A DNA stretch of 64,000 nucleotides from the human T2T-CHM13v2.0 reference genome, Homo sapiens (GCF_009914755.1 NC_060932.1), one strand, 5' to 3'. Shown: positions 28,128 through 48,079, counted from the first letter of the stretch. Notes: generated from the sequence alone by a model not told the origin. A program made the numbers and translations.

Positions 28128-28202
28128 ATATATACATATGCATACACAGACCAATATGCAAAGACACGCACACACACACACATACACACGCACACGCACA
28201 CA
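28128..28202. repeat. Imperfect (CA)/(TA) alternating purine-pyrimidine microsatellite
   Basis: tatatacatatgcatacac...acacgcacacacacacacatacacacgcacacgcacac. Confidence 0.8.
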
Positions 28203-28669
28203 AGTGAGATAGGTAGGAAGATAGTATGTAGACAGATACACAAATTATTTCCTTTTGCTTTATAGGAGATCTTTACAGTTTTGTCTATCCAGTGATTATA
28301 TAATAAAATCACTCTTCTTTTTTTATACACACATTATTATAATTTAAGCCTTTAAGTTCCTATCTGATGGAGATAAACTCCTCTGAAAGCACCATGTAAT
28401 TTCTGAAAATTCCCATAATGTTATCTAATGTGTGTTCTGTAATAAACTCTTCAGGTTCTTCTCCTTGGTCTCCACAACTTGCTGTCATAGAAATGACGAA
28501 CTTCATGAAATCACCACTTTCCTAGGTAAAGCTACTTCTCTAGTGGGAATCACTAATGTTCCCACTCCATTTGTGGAGAGGGGACAGATCTTATTATGTC
28601 AGAAAGTGTTTTCCTAGCTGTTTCCTGGCTGTTGGAGCTCCAACAGTTAATACCACTTCCAGCTCTGGC

Positions 28670-29115
28670 TTGAGTTTTGATTGGTCTAAGACTTAGATAC
28701 TAAGTAAATAAAGGTTATCCCATCTCTCTGACCAAAGCAACTTGCTCAATTAAACAAGGTCTAAGGCAGTTAAGACCTGGGTCTTCCGCTGACATAAGGA
28801 TTTTTTCATAGATAATCCAATCAGAGTACATCTAAGAACTTAGTTAATTATAGGCAAAGGAATTATCATTCTGCTGGATATGGAAGAATAAAGAAACCCT
28901 GGTGGCTACTGGTAAGCCACAACATGAAGATTAATGCCACATGGAGAAACGCAGAGTCAAAAAATTGCAAAGAAATTAAGTTGAAATTCTAAGCCACAGT
29001 TGAAAGCATTCAACTGGGGTCTTTTCAGTTATACAGGCCATTAAATAACTCTTTAATGTTTAAGTCCATTTATGTTCAGTTTTCTACTAATTATACATGA
29101 AAGCATACTGACACA
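28670..29115 (+). mobile_element. Ancient LTR remnant (old MLT1/ERVL-type)
   Basis: tgattggtctaag...ccaatcagag...ttttcagttatac...tttaagtcc motif order typical of old LTRs. Confidence 0.45.
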
Positions 29116-29936
29116 AATACTTACACATGCTGAGGAAGCACACATTCTTCAGCCTGGAGGATTCAAAAACTAATACCCTGTGCCAGGCCGCTCTAAAAAC
29201 TGCCCCCCTTTCTGTTGCAGCCACTGCTACAAATGAAAGGCTTGCTCCTGCTGTACCTTCACATAGTTAGGGGAATACAATCATAACATTGGAACAGCTT
29301 TAGTCCTCTCTTAACTGAGATTTTTAAAGTAAGTCATTTCTAGCCCCAAAGAGGAGAGGAAGTGCCTTCTTCTCCTGTGGGAAAACAATCAGTTATATTT
29401 CCTATTCCAGGAAACTTTCTTCCTAGAATAATGGACAGTGCAAGCAATATCTAACAACTGTCACTATCATTACACTCCACAATCCCAAAGAAACCAGATT
29501 CACAAAAACACTAAGTGGAAAAACTAATGATTGGCAGGGCTAGCATGCAAATACTGGTTTGCCTGGTTACAAAGCCCATGCTTTTTCTATTACCCGAATT
29601 TGTCATATAAGTAATGTGAGCTTGATTCAAAATTTTCAATCAACAGAATTTAATAGAAGAGTTGACAATATAAGTGCTAGCAAAATTCAAGACAACATAT
29701 TATTTTCTGAATCCTAAGCCCTGACCACATGACATAGCCTGTAATACATTTTGTTTGCTTAGTCATTTACATGTCTACTTTAAAAAAAATATTGAATGTA
29801 TATGCATATTCAGATTTTATGCATAAAATATAGAATGATACCTTCCTTAATAGTGTTCAAGATAAAGTGCAACAGTAAGACTACTTTTGACTTGCGTTAT
29901 GAATAAAGTAGAACCTGAACTTGACCTTAAATGGCA

Positions 29937-30811
29937 CAGTAAGTCCTCATCTAACATCACGGATAGGTTCTTGGAAACTGCGACTTTAAGTAAACTGTTG
30001 TACAAAGAAACCAATTTTACCGTAGGTTAATTGATATAAAAAAGAGTTAAGATCCTGTGGCATATTTCTCTTCACAAAAACATCGCCAAATTTCTAAATG
30101 AAGACCCCAAACATTTCTAATATTAAACACTGAATTAAATATGAGCTACACATACATTTAAGAAAGATTAACAAAAACAAGATAATTACCCATGTTTTTG
30201 TAAATCAGTGAGTGTCGATGGTCATAGTGGTGGTGGATTAAGTCAAGAAATAAGTGTTTGCAAAGCTAAAACTGTCAGGAGCACTTCCACCACACAGTTA
30301 AAAAAGAATCACAAACAAGTAAGGCTGACTCACAGCTGGATGAGCACCTTTGTCTTGCATCATTTATTGTTGTGTATTTGTATAATGACCATTTACTTAA
30401 CAAATTTTTATTTGACAATAATTTACATTGATTGATTTGTTCATTTTCCAAACTGCTTATTCTAGTTCAGGGTCACTTTCCAAACTGCTTATTCTAGTTC
30501 AGGTGGCTGGAGTCTATCTCAGCAGCTCAGATTACAAAGCACGGACCAGTCCTGGATAGGACACCCTCGATCACAGGGTGCATTCACACACACCTACACT
30601 CAGACTAGGACCATGTCGACATACCCATTCACCCAGTGGGCACGTCTTTGGGATGTGGGAGGAAACCAAAGTACCCAGAGAAAACCCACACAGACATGGG
30701 GAGAATGTGCTAACTCTACACAGACAGTGGTCCAGGGCCAGAAATGGACTTTTTTCTCATCAATGTCATAACGAACGGTATTGAACAAAGGATGTTATTC
30801 AATTCCTGCTG
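29937..30811 (-). mobile_element. MER6 (TcMar-Tigger non-autonomous DNA transposon) with an internal 32-bp tandem duplication
   Basis: Termini cagtaagtcctc... / ...ttcctgctg, ~875 bp. tttccaaactgcttattctagttcagg is repeated at ~30445 and ~30477. Confidence 0.8.
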
Positions 30812-33330
30812 TCTTTAAATTTGGGTGCGGGAAGATTTGTGGAGCAAGACAGGGGAAGTAGAAAATTCCACAATGAGAAAACAGCAAAGGCACTGAGGTA
30901 CAAAAATGTGGAGCATATTTTGGAAACAGTAAGTAATCCAATTTGGTTGTGGTGCTGGGCGTGTAAGGGGCAATACAGAGTGGCAAGTAGGCTAGAAATG
31001 TAAAGAACAGATTTTCCTTCTCCAATGCCCACATAAGGAATTAGTCCTGCAATAGCCAGTGAGTGGTAACCTAAGGAAAGTTGTTGAGCAGCGATATGGC
31101 ATGATCTGAGCCTTGGTTTGTGGCGATTAGTACATGTTTGGGAAGTTCTCATAATGTATTTCTGACTGAGATGCTTATCCACTTTGACTGGAGAAGCCAA
31201 TTAGGTAGAGGGTAGATGTGAATTATGGGAGAAACACAGTGTGAGGAGGAACAAAGGCAGAAAAATCAGAAGGAAGGCTGTCTGTAGGAATTCTGCCTCA
31301 TTGCAAATATGCAACTGGGGTAAATCTAGCTGAATGAAGGTACTGGCTCCAATTTGGCCATATTAGGTAAATAAGCATTCTTTAGTTTGGAATGCCACTG
31401 TGAAAAAAATTATAAAGAAAAAACTCCAACCTTATTAATCATGTTCTACATTTTCTACCAAAAGAGCAGAGAAAAGAAAAAAAAACATATATTTGTGAGT
31501 TCAACTGTGTTTACCCTGTCTAACATTTTGGATTTCATTACTTATAATAATTTTCAATGCCTAAGTTTTGAGAAGGCAAGAGATACCAAGTATTTGCAAA
31601 GACTAAGACTGCAGATCCTTATCTAACCCTGTAGCCTTGCCTCTTCTTCATCTAATGCCCAACATTGCTAGGTTAACAAGAAGGAAAAAAAGTACCTGGA
31701 ATTTTTTGACTTTAGCATTGATTCTTTGTGATGACAATAAGTATATATTAATTATATTCTAACATGTATGAAATAGGACATATTTAATACCAAAATTTAA
31801 TATCCCAAAAGTGTTTTGTACTAAATTTTATGTTAATAACAAAGGTGAACATATACTACTAATTAACAACTGTATGTTAATTAATAAAAGCTCTGCATCT
31901 ATAAAAACGTGACTATATTAATTTCCCAGTCCTTCCTATGACCAAGAATAGCCCAAGTAAAGCAATTCTCGTGCAATTTATTGGCACTGTGCTTCTCATT
32001 TAACTTACACCCATAACATAGCGTGTTTTCTAATACATGTCTCTGTGGTACATAAAACAATGGCAGAAATAGAAAGTTAATATTTTAACAATTAATATTG
32101 ATGGAATCCACTGTAGAGAACATTAGGACATAAAGAACAAACAAAGAATAAAAATGACTATATTCTTAAATATGGTGTTTCAGAATAATATCATCATGAA
32201 AGTGTCCTCAGTGCTTTTTTATGCAAAAGAGTTAGAAAACTTGTGATTGTGAGTTTTCATTTGTGAAAATACCTCTACAGAATTTCTCTGATGAAGCTCA
32301 ACTTAAGAAAAATCAATTGGTGAAATTCACTAGAAAATCTAATAATGTAATGAATACAGAACAAAAGAATGTCTCATGAAAGGGTAATGAACAAATCTTA
32401 GTTGTTAAACCCATTCTTTAACTTGTGTAAAGTTGTGTATGCATTACATTTATTTTTCTGGAGGTAATATATATTTTTTATTCATGAGTTGCCTTTTCCA
32501 GCTTTACCAACACACCTTAGGTACACAACGTGGTATTTTATTAATTTACTTTAATCCAGGTGTGGTTATATAAGTTTGGGGATAAGAAATGGTGTTCCAG
32601 GAACTATATGATTCAACAATTGGCAGATTTGCCTAGCTATCAGTGTTCATGTTAAATACACACACTGCATAACTATTGAAAACCTGACGGCATATTCACC
32701 TGTACTTGGTACAGTGCCATACGTCACAAAATTATACATATCCTACTCTGGATGTGCAGAAAGGTTATTATGGAATTCATCCAGGGCATTCATTCTTTGG
32801 TTCTCCTAAGTAGTCGATACTTCTACATCAGTGCAATGAAAAGAACACCAAACTAGAGTTTGTGGATGACTGTGTGCATTTCTGATATTGAATAGTTTTA
32901 CAGCAGGAATGGATCTCAGAGATTATGAAAATCAAAATTCTAATTGGAAAAATCAGGCTTTCAAGCAGTTAACTGAATTGTCCAACATCTCATAGCCAAA
33001 GGGGCAAAGTGGGGACTCTGACCAAAGCATTTCATTTCCAGTCCTTTTTCTTCCTGTAGCGTTTTACTGACTTACTGTAACCTCTCCTTGAATTTTCTCA
33101 TAAGCAAAATGAGTACATTGGACTAGGGCAGTGGTTTTCATAGATCATATTCCATGTAGTCCTAGGATTTCATAAGGTAACTGGGGGGGCGCTTAGAAGT
33201 AAGCGTAAGGATGATACAGGATAGTCAGGGCTTGGGACTTCACTGGACCTCTGTGTAAGATTTTACTTCAAACACTTCCATGCTAAATAAATATTTAGTG
33301 GTTATTAAATAGCCACTTCTACATTCTCTA

Positions 33331-33880
33331 CAGTAGTACCCCTTATCCTTGGAGGATACTTTCCAAGGCCACCAGTGGATGCCTGAGACCATACATGGTA
33401 CCAGACCCTATATATGCGGTACTTTTCTTCCTATGCATACATACCAATGATAAAACTTTAATTTATAAATTAGGCACAGTAAGAGATTAATAACAATACC
33501 TAATAATGAAATAGAGCAATTATGACAATATTCTAGCATCACTACTCTTGCTTTTTGGGGCCATTATGAAGTAAAGTAAGAATGACTTGAACATAAGCAC
33601 TGAGATACCTCTGCAGCCAATCTGATAATCTAAAAGGCTACTATGAGACTAATGGGCAGGTAGCATCCACAGCCCGGTTCTGCTAGACAAAGGGATGATT
33701 CACCCCTTGGATGGGATAGAGTGAGACAGTGCAAGATTTCATCATGCTACTCAGAACGGCACACAATTTAAAATTTACGAATTATTTCTGGAAGTTTCCA
33801 TAGAAGATTTTTGAACCTTCATTGATTTTTGGGTAACTGAAACCACAGAAGCTGAAATGTTGGATAAGAGGGGACTAAAG
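33331..33880 (+). mobile_element. MER44/Tigger7-derived MITE
   Basis: ta|cagtagtacccctta tcc...ggataagaggggacta inverted termini and characteristic ccaccagtggatgcctga. Confidence 0.82.
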
Positions 33881-34057
33881 TGAATGCAAAATCATATTGT
33901 GTATGTTTGAATTTTGCTCTCATAAATCACACAATTTCTAGCCATTTTCAAATATTACAGGTTTTTATTTGCATCTGTTCTTAAGGATGTGAGATAGGAA
34001 ATTTAGAGAGCATTGTTGCAGACATTATTTCTAACATTAATAATATGACAAGAACTA

Positions 34058-34262
34058 TGACTTGTTGAATGCTTAAGTTCCAGGCACTGTTCCATGAGCT
34101 TTACATATATTAGCCCATTTAACTTATTTAAAATAACCCTATGAAGTATGGGTCCTAATTTTATCCCCACTTTAGAAATAAGGAAACTAAGGCACGAAGG
34201 ATTAAGTAATTTATCCAATGTCACATAGCTAGCAAGTGGCATATTCAGATTCAATATTGACA
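34058..34262 (-). mobile_element. MIR
   Basis: aggaaactaaggcac...ttaagtaatttatccaatgtcacatagctagcaagtggc core. Confidence 0.8.
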
Positions 34263-35872
34263 CAGGGTCCACACGGGTCATAACATAAGTAGATGCAGTA
34301 TAAATTACTCCCTGGCAGATGAAAACATCTGTGATCTTCATGGTGAATAGAAACTTTTCATCTCTATAAATGACATTCCTACTCTCACATTCCTCAATAC
34401 CAATGATGGTCTTTGAATTAATAACCTGCATAATAAGCACCATTAAGAGAAAAACAACTGAAGCACAAATATTATCATTATGTGATCGACAATGTCTTCA
34501 TCGGTTGTCTAGTTGAGATTCACCTCTATCTGCACATGGTAAAGAAGCTAGATAATAAAGTTTATAATATCTAATGCAGGCATAGATGTGGGTTCAAAAC
34601 AAATAAAAATACCAATATAGTAATTTTCATAAAATAGCTATTCAGGCCTGGGAGTATTAGACACATCATTGTCCTCAAAGTTGAATGCACAGACTTAATG
34701 GAAGTCTGGCCAGGTATGAGAACAGGCCTTGACAACAACAGGCACCTATAAAAAAGGGCAATCTGAAAGTGCCTTCCTTCTTCACTAGGACGGACTTTGT
34801 AATTATGTTGTGGCATTAGCATTCATCTCATTGCTCCAACTTGCAGTTTCTCCTTTTTCTCTCCAGGTGCTGGGGGCCATTTCAGTTTTACTCTTCCTTT
34901 TGGGAAACTACCTTTAAGGACTCCATGCATTCACTACTGCCTTTTATTTGCTTGTTCCTAATGCAAGAACTATATTTTATCAATCTTTGAGTTTTCCATT
35001 GTATTTTCATGTAATAAAAATTACTGATTGAATGACAATATCATCAATCACATACTCCCAAACTTTCAGAGGACATCAGCTGCCATCTGTAAATTTTACT
35101 ATGGTTTTTAAAAAGAAACATGCCATACTCAACAGTGCCAACTACGAATGCTGAAATAACCTATCTTTCTGAATGCTTTTCATCACAAATTTATTTTATA
35201 TGGCGCATATGAATTATCTTTCTAAATCCCAGATTTAATTCTACCCTGCTGCAGTTTAAAAGCCTGATCGCTCCTTATTATATAGTCCTAAAGATCAAGT
35301 TCACATTCTTCAGCCTGGTATGTAAGGTCTTGCAAAATCTAGCCATACCCTACCTTCCAACTTTTCTACATCCAAATCTCCTCTAGAGCTACATGGGGCC
35401 ATTGACTTAAATCTAATTACCAAGCCCCCAGGTCAAATTAGTTGGTATCCCTAAACATTTTCAACTGTAATTATCAGCATTATCCCATTGCATTGCAATT
35501 CTTTATTTAAGAGTCTAGCTCTCTTTCAAAACTAAACCTCATAGTCTGGTAAACTGGTCTTTTTTATACCTGTGCTCATTATTTAACAGCTTGCACACAA
35601 TCTTTAACAGCCATTTCATAAATGCATGCAAAATTGCATGGAAAGGCAGGATTCGAAGCTTTGACTCAAATAGTCCTCTCTGATGAAATGGCATTCCCTT
35701 TCATTTTTGCCTCCTTAAGAACTATACATTCTTCAAAGTCCCATTAAAATTGTTATTCCACTCTGAGTCACTAGAGTTCTTGAAGAGGGGAATACATCAT
35801 TCAGATTTGAGTTGACAGATTACTATTAGCAGATGCTTAATAAATGTTTAAAATAATGGAATATTAAGGAAA

Positions 35873-40943
<5,071 letters not shown>

Positions 40944-41453
40944 ACTCATTAGTCTTAAGGTTAATATGCAGTAATGGTTATATACCATCCTACAAGCAGC
41001 GATCTAATTACCAATTAACATATGTGGCAACTGTAAATTTATAATCACAAATGCTTATATGCTGTACTTTATAACTATTTACTTGAACTTTAAATATCAA
41101 TTTCAACTATATAACCTGTGATTAATGAGACAATTTGAGAGATGAAGTATGAGATGGATATATTCGAAGATTCTAGTGAGCTGAAGTGGGGTGGTAACAG
41201 GCAGATCAAAGATAAAGATTTATTAAAGAAATATGTAAAGCAAAGCAGCCAAGTATGATAAACCAAACTGTCAGAAGAGAGTGTTCTGTTTTGAGAGCAT
41301 AACTCTAAACACCACCTGGTTAAGCAAAAATAAGCGAGCCATTAGGTAAACTGCAAGTAAATATATGAGTAGCACATAAACCAATAGTGAGAAGTCACTG
41401 ATAGAGCCAATATGGTGAAGACTATAAGTCATATAATGATTTTAAAATGTCAC

Positions 41454-41835
41454 TGTTATGAACTGAATATTTGTGTCTCCTCGAAATTCATATGTTGAAA
41501 TCCTAACCCCCAATGTGTTGTCGTTAGAAAGTGAGGCCTTCGGGAGGTAATTAAGTCATGAAGGTGAACCTCTAATGAATGGTGGTAGTGCCTTATAAAG
41601 AAACACCAGAGAGCTCTCTAGCCATTTGAAAATTTCACATTCTGCCACATGAAGATATGAGAAGCTGGTAGTCCACAACCTGGAAGAGGTCCTTCACCAG
41701 AACCCAACCATATGCCACCCCAATCCTGGACTTCCAGCCTCCAGAACTGTGAGGAATAAATTTCTCTTGTTTATAAGCCACCAAAGTACCAAAGTCCATG
41801 GTTCTTTGATATGGCAGCCAGAAGTGTCTAATACA
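41454..41835 (+). mobile_element. MLT1A-like solo LTR
   Basis: TG...CA termini with 5-bp TSD GTCAC (41449-41453 / 41836-41840) and AATAAA at ~41755. Confidence 0.88.
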
Positions 41836-43465
41836 GTCACTTATGTATATCAACATCTTTACAACATAATTTTGAATTATACTATATACACGATATAACA
41901 TATAATTTTATGCTACACTGTAATTTTATAACTTTAAAATAACATTTAAGTTTTTTTTAATGTAAACTATGTTCATTCACTCAGTCAGTCAATAAATATT
42001 TATGAAGGGTCTTGTCTGTACCAGGTAACATTCTAGATGGTGGGGATACAAGGATTATCAAGACAGAGAGTCTCTGTCCTAAAAATATGATAATTTGAGA
42101 CAGTAGCAAGAACCATGAGGAAAATAAAAGAATATAATATATTTTGAAGAGGCTACTCTAATTCTACAAGGAAGTGAATTTTGTGCTATCAATTGACCTT
42201 TTACTACAGTGTCTTCACTTTTCTCTTGGTTGGTTGGATTTTATATCCAGTAGCTCCCCTCCCCCTCCATCTTCTCCTTGAAAAGGCTCATGAGTGTTCT
42301 ATTGCCTAAATTCTGACATACATAAATTTCTGCCTGTGCACTTTATATTTGAACAACATCTTGTCTAGGTATCAAATTCTGAGCCACATTTTTATCTCTC
42401 AGAATTTTGTAGACATTATTCCATTATCTTTTGCATTTAGATGTGAAAAATCTGAAGCCACTCTGATTCTCCTCCAACTGACTTGCCATTTCCACCTTTA
42501 GAATTATTCTTCCTTGCTCTTGAAATTCAGTCACTTTTCCAAGATATAACTTAGTAACAATCATGTTGAATCAATTTTTATAGTACATGATATACTACCT
42601 AGCACTGTTCATTCCATTTTGCCTCAATTTGTGGAAAAATTTTCCTCTATCATAGGTTGTTTTATTCTTCCATTCGATGAATTTTCTTTGGTAGGAACAA
42701 TTATTCATAAAATGGATCACTATCATCTCTTCTTATCTTTTATTGTTTCAGCAACTGTTTGGTATTTGTATTTTTACTGTGCATTTATGGTGATTATAAC
42801 AAATCTATTTCATATTTTTTGTTCATTCTTCTTGTTGTTGCTAACACTTTTGTCACATCTAAAATGGAGGGAGTGCATAATTTTGGATTTCAATGTATTT
42901 CCTTGGTTGTATAATATTTTTTCATCTCATTCTATTCTTTTATCAACTACTCTTTGATATTCTGTTGTAAAATTCATGTGTACTTTAAAACTATGGCGTG
43001 AAGTACAAATGAAAGTTTTTATTCTGTTTCTTCGTGTCTGCCCCCTTCCAGAATGGATGCTTATATTCTAGGTTTCTTTTAGTCTTTTTATTTTGCTGTG
43101 GCATTTCTGTATCGTTGTATGTTATTTTCATCTTAAATTTAAAGTGGACCACTCTGTGCTGATATTTATTTGACTCCATATCTCATGATCCTCTTCTCAC
43201 TTATCACAGTCACTTCTCTGTTGAATTTCTAAGTGAAGCCACAGTATTATCTGCTCTGTGTGCTCTTGGAAAGCCTGGGAACACAGCTATATGCGAAGGG
43301 GTATGTGGCAATGGTAGTGCACTGAGAAGTGGGAAAACCTGTGGTCAATTTTGTTGGTGGACAGGGACTGTCCTCTTTCTCTCTTTTTATTAAAGACTAT
43401 TTTATAGAGCAATTTTAGGTCCACAAAAAAATGAGAAGAAGGTATAGAGATTCCTCATGTACATT

Positions 43466-44885
43466 GTGATACTGTGAAATACAGTTATGTGTCACTTAAT
43501 GATAGGGGATATATTATGAGAAATGTGTCATTGTAATGGTGCCATTAGATGATTTCATCATCGCACAAACATCATAGAACCCAAACCTAAATGGTATAGC
43601 CTATTACATACCTAGGCTATAAGGTATAGTCTATTGCTCTCAGGCTACAAACCTGCATAGCATGCACTAAATAGATAATAATAACACAATGGTAAGTATT
43701 TGTGTGTCTAAACATATCTAAATATAGAACAGGTACAGTAAAAATATGGTATAAAATATTAAAAATAGTACACTTGTATAGGGCACCTTCCATGAATGGA
43801 GCTTGCAGAACTGCAAGTTGCTCTGGATGAGTCAGTGAGTGAGCGATGAGTGAATGTGAAGGCCTAGGACATTACTGAACACTACTGTGCTATACCTTTA
43901 TATGACTGGCAGTGCAATGGGTTTGTTTACATCAGTATCATCACAAACATGTGAGTAATGCATTCTAAGACATTACCACAGATATGATGTCACTAGGCAA
44001 TATGAATATTGCAACTCCATTATAATCTTATGGGGCCATCATGGTATATGCAGTCCCTCATTGACTGAAACATTGTGTCGTATGACTGTATGTTTGGTCT
44101 TTGTCCCAGATTCCTGACACACAACCCATAAAATCCTTGAAACCTCCAAAGGAATGTCTTTTTCTGTGTTAATGAGATGACTGGTGTCTGGCAGCCCCTA
44201 GGCAGCCCCCAGCTCCAGCCCCAGTCCCAGCCCCTAGGATAACAAGGCATAAATAGAGGGTTGGGACTTTCGGCCCCATCCCCCAGCTTCTGGGGAGAGG
44301 AGAGGGGCTGAAGGTTATGTTGATCACCAATGGCCAATGATTTAATCAGTCATGCCTAACTCTCCAGAGAGCTTACAAATAGCTGAACATGTGGAGGTAT
44401 TTGGAGGGTGGCATGCCCAGAGAAGGCAAGAAAGCTCCAGACCTGTTCTCCCATATCTTGCCCATGAATCTCTTCATCTGTACCTTTGTAATATCCTTTA
44501 TAAGAAATGATAAATATTAGTATTTCCCCAAGTTCTGAGAGCTGCTCTAGCAAATTAGTTAAACCCAAGGAGCAGGTTGTGGGATCCCCATTGTACAGCC
44601 AGTTGGTCAGAAGCACAGGTTAGACATCCTAGGGTTTGTGATTGGCATCTGAAATGGGGGTGGAGGGGGAAGGAGGAGTCATGAAGACAGCCTCAACCTG
44701 TGCTATGTGGTGCTGTCTTCAGATAGATAGTGTCATAATTGAATTGACAGCCAGCTTGTGTCCTTTGCAGAATTGATTCTTTGCTTAGAATATGAGGAAA
44801 AAAACTCTCACACATTTGGTCATAGAAGTCTCCTATGTTGATTGTTGTTGAGGGAGAGAATAAGAAAACTGTTTTTTTTCCCACA
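43466..44885. mobile_element. MER21-like ERVL LTR, interrupted by Tigger3 and itself inserted in an L1MC 3' fragment (43383-44935)
   Basis: tgtgatactgtgaaata...tatgtttggtctttgtccc...ttttcccaca; flanks rejoin as an L1MC 3'UTR. Confidence 0.72.
43482..44088. mobile_element. Tigger3 (Golem/MER7) deletion derivative
   Basis: ta|cagttatgtgtc...gtcgtatgactg|ta: TIRs with TA duplication. Confidence 0.85.
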
Positions 44886-45199
44886 GATACTCTCTGTCCC
44901 CACACATGCATAGCCTTCCCTGTTATTAACACTGTGCTCTCTTTTTAACAATTTACCTTTTGTTAAAGTGCATCATGGTGTATGGTGAGCTGGCCTGCAT
45001 GAGGAAAGAGTGCTCATTTGGTCTTCAAGTTTCCTCCCAACTGAGAAAGAGGTGTTTTGCTTTTCATAGAGACTACCATATTTAGGGGTCATTTCCCCAA
45101 TTCACTTGCTTTTCCCCAGTAGACATTTCCACGGCCTCTCTTCAAAGTGGAGTGTTAGTGAATTTTTTTTCAGGATGTTGTCCACTTTTGTCACCATTT

Positions 45200-45440
45200 A
45201 TTTGAGTTTCCTAGGGCTTCTATAACAAATGTCCATGAACAGGGTGGCTTAAAACAACAGAAATTTAGTCTCTCAGAGTTCTGGAAGCCATAAGTCTGAC
45301 ATCAAAGTGTTGGCAGGGTTGGTTCCTTTTGGAGGCTCTGTGGTGAAACCACTTCATGACTTTCTCCTAGATTTTGGTGGCTGCTGGCAATCCTTGGTGT
45401 TCCTTGGCCAAGATAAGTTAATGCATAAAATTAACCATCA
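45200..45440 (-). mobile_element. MLT1 LTR fragment
   Basis: tttcctagggcttctataacaaa...gtggcttaaaacaacagaaattta motif. Confidence 0.7.
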
Positions 45441-45454
45441 AAATACTTTTACCT

Positions 45455-46590
45455 CATTATCTTTATAATATCCATGGAATCAGTAGTGATGGCTCTCTTT
45501 TCACTTCTGATAGTAGTAATTTGTGTCTTGTTTCTTATTTTCGTGGTCAGCCTGGCTGGAGGCTTATTAATTTTATTGATCTTTTCAAAGAACCAGTTTT
45601 GGTTTCATTGATTTTCCTCTACTAATTTCTTGTTCTCAATTTCATCTCTGATTTCATTATTTATTTTCTTCTGATTAATTTAGTTTTAATTTTCTTTCTC
45701 ATTTCTGTTTTCCTAAGGTGGAAGATTAGACTATTGATTTTATATCTTTTTCTTTTCTTTCTATGCATTTAATACCCTAAGCACTGCTCTCACTGTATCA
45801 TGCAAATATCTATTTTCTTTTCATTTAATTCAAAATATTTTAAAATTTCTTTTGAGACATTTTGTTTGACCCATATGTTATCAAAAATTGTGTTTTTAAT
45901 TTCCAAATATTTGGGAATTTTCCACCTATTTTTCTTATTTTATTGATTTCTACTTCAATTACATTTTGGTTGAGAGCATGTTGTGCATGACTTGTACTTT
46001 ATAAAAATTTGTTAAGGTGTGTTTTACAGCTCAGTACATGTTCAATTTTGGGGAATATTCCATGTGAGTCTGAGAAAAATGTGTATTATGCTGTTGTTTG
46101 ATGAAGTATTTTATAACTGTCAATTAGATCCAGTTGATTTATGGTGCTTTCAAGTTCATCTGTAACCTTACTGATTTCCTCCCTGCTGAATCTGTCAATT
46201 ACTGACAGAAGGCTGTGAAGTTTCCAACTATAATAATAGATACATGTATTTCTTGCAGTTTATCAGTTTTTGCTTCACAGAGTTTGATGCTGTTTTTAGA
46301 TATGTACAGAGCAAGGATTCTTATGTCTTCTTGGATAATTGGCCCTTTATTATTATGTAATGCACCCTCTTTATATCCATGATAGTCCGCCTTGCTCTGA
46401 AGTTGACTTTGACTGAAATGAATATAGCTACTCCCATTTTGATTAGTGTTAACATAGTGTATCATTCCCCATCCTTTTACTTTCAATCTATATGTATCTT
46501 TATATTTAAAGTAGGTTTCTTTTAGGCAACGTAAAGTAGGGTTTTTAAAATCTACTCAGGCAGTCTCTATCTTTTAATTAGTCTATTTTT
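45455..46590 (-). mobile_element. Old L1M fragment (ORF2 endonuclease region)
   Basis: Remnant MKVKGW..., IIQEDI..., IIIVGNF motifs. Confidence 0.75.
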
Positions 46591-48079
46591 CTTTAATTTT
46601 TATAACTAGAAAAAAGTTATTCATAAAACAAAAAGCCTTGCCTCTTAAAAAGCAATGTCTCTTGTTAAATTGCAACTGATTAGTCATGCTACTGAGTCAT
46701 ATAAACAGGAAATTTATATTTTACTCTAGCATAAATTGATATTAAAAAACTAATTTTTATTGTAATCAATTTACATTTTCCTTATTTGTTAACTACAATT
46801 ATTTAAACATTGTCCATTTATTTACACATATTTTTGAAGCAATATTTGGCTAGAATTTGATCCTTCTTTGGCTACTTCTGTTAGCAAACCAATCAAATGC
46901 AAGACCAAATCCTGATAGGTGCTGGGGGAGAGATACTTCATTAAAGAGTTTTTAAAAAGAAGAAAAATGGTAACAGATTTGAATCGGGACAGATAACTCA
47001 AGCATCATTAAAAAGGCCAGATGCACAGGGGAGGCAGGAAGGTTAGTCAGGGCCCACTGACAGCTGCAGAAGTGGTCCCGGTGAGATCTGACAACTACTT
47101 GAACTAAGACTAGTAGTAGAAGTCTATAGAATAGATGGATAATACAGGTGTTAAGATGATATATTAAACTATAGAATTTGGTGATGGATGAGATGAAGGC
47201 CATCAAAGATGATTCTAGGCTTTCAGAATTGAAAGACTAGGAAAATGCTAAAATTACCTAAGATAGAGAATACAGAAGCAGGAACAGGCTAAATGTGATG
47301 GCAATTAGTTGACTATTATGCATGAGGTGCCATAGTACATCTGGGTAGAGATATCTACTAGATATTTGAATTAAATGGTCCTAGAGTTAATGGGAGAAAT
47401 GTAGACCTCAGGCTATATGAGAGCTGTCAGTGCAAAGACAGAAGTTGAATCTGTGAAAGCCTCTGGAATAGAGTCACAGTTAAAGATATTGGAAGTTGTG
47501 AAAGTATATTATAACCGATTAGTCATTAGATTTATAAGTTTACAACTTAAAATAAAGGGATAGCCCTGTATTTGCCTACAATTAGACTGAGTTATTCCTA
47601 GAAAGCGTTTGGCCATTTCTAGCAGCCTTTATATTTTGAAACAGCCTTTGCTGTGGTGACTAAGAGTTATGTAGTTCAACCATGTGAGTTATATTTAGGT
47701 AAAATAATTTTTTATGGATAAAAAATATTGTATAACATCCAAAACTAGTTCATATTGATATCAAAAAGTACCTGATATTTAATTCATAACAAATTTCCAA
47801 AGAACATATGTTAAAAAAACAGGCTTCCTAGATTATTCAAAATTAGCTCTGGGTTTTCATTAATTTATGGTGTTGATTAACAATCCATAAATTATTAATT
47901 AAACATTTGAAAAACTACTACGTGTAAGATGCTGGGCTAATAGTCTGTGAGATACAAAGATGACTCAAACATAAAATCTGTCCTTAATATACATATGGAC
48001 TAGTACGGGGAAATAAGACACATACTTAGGTAAGTATACAAGGAGTGGAGAGTTAGAAATCATAGATAATTTTAAAATA

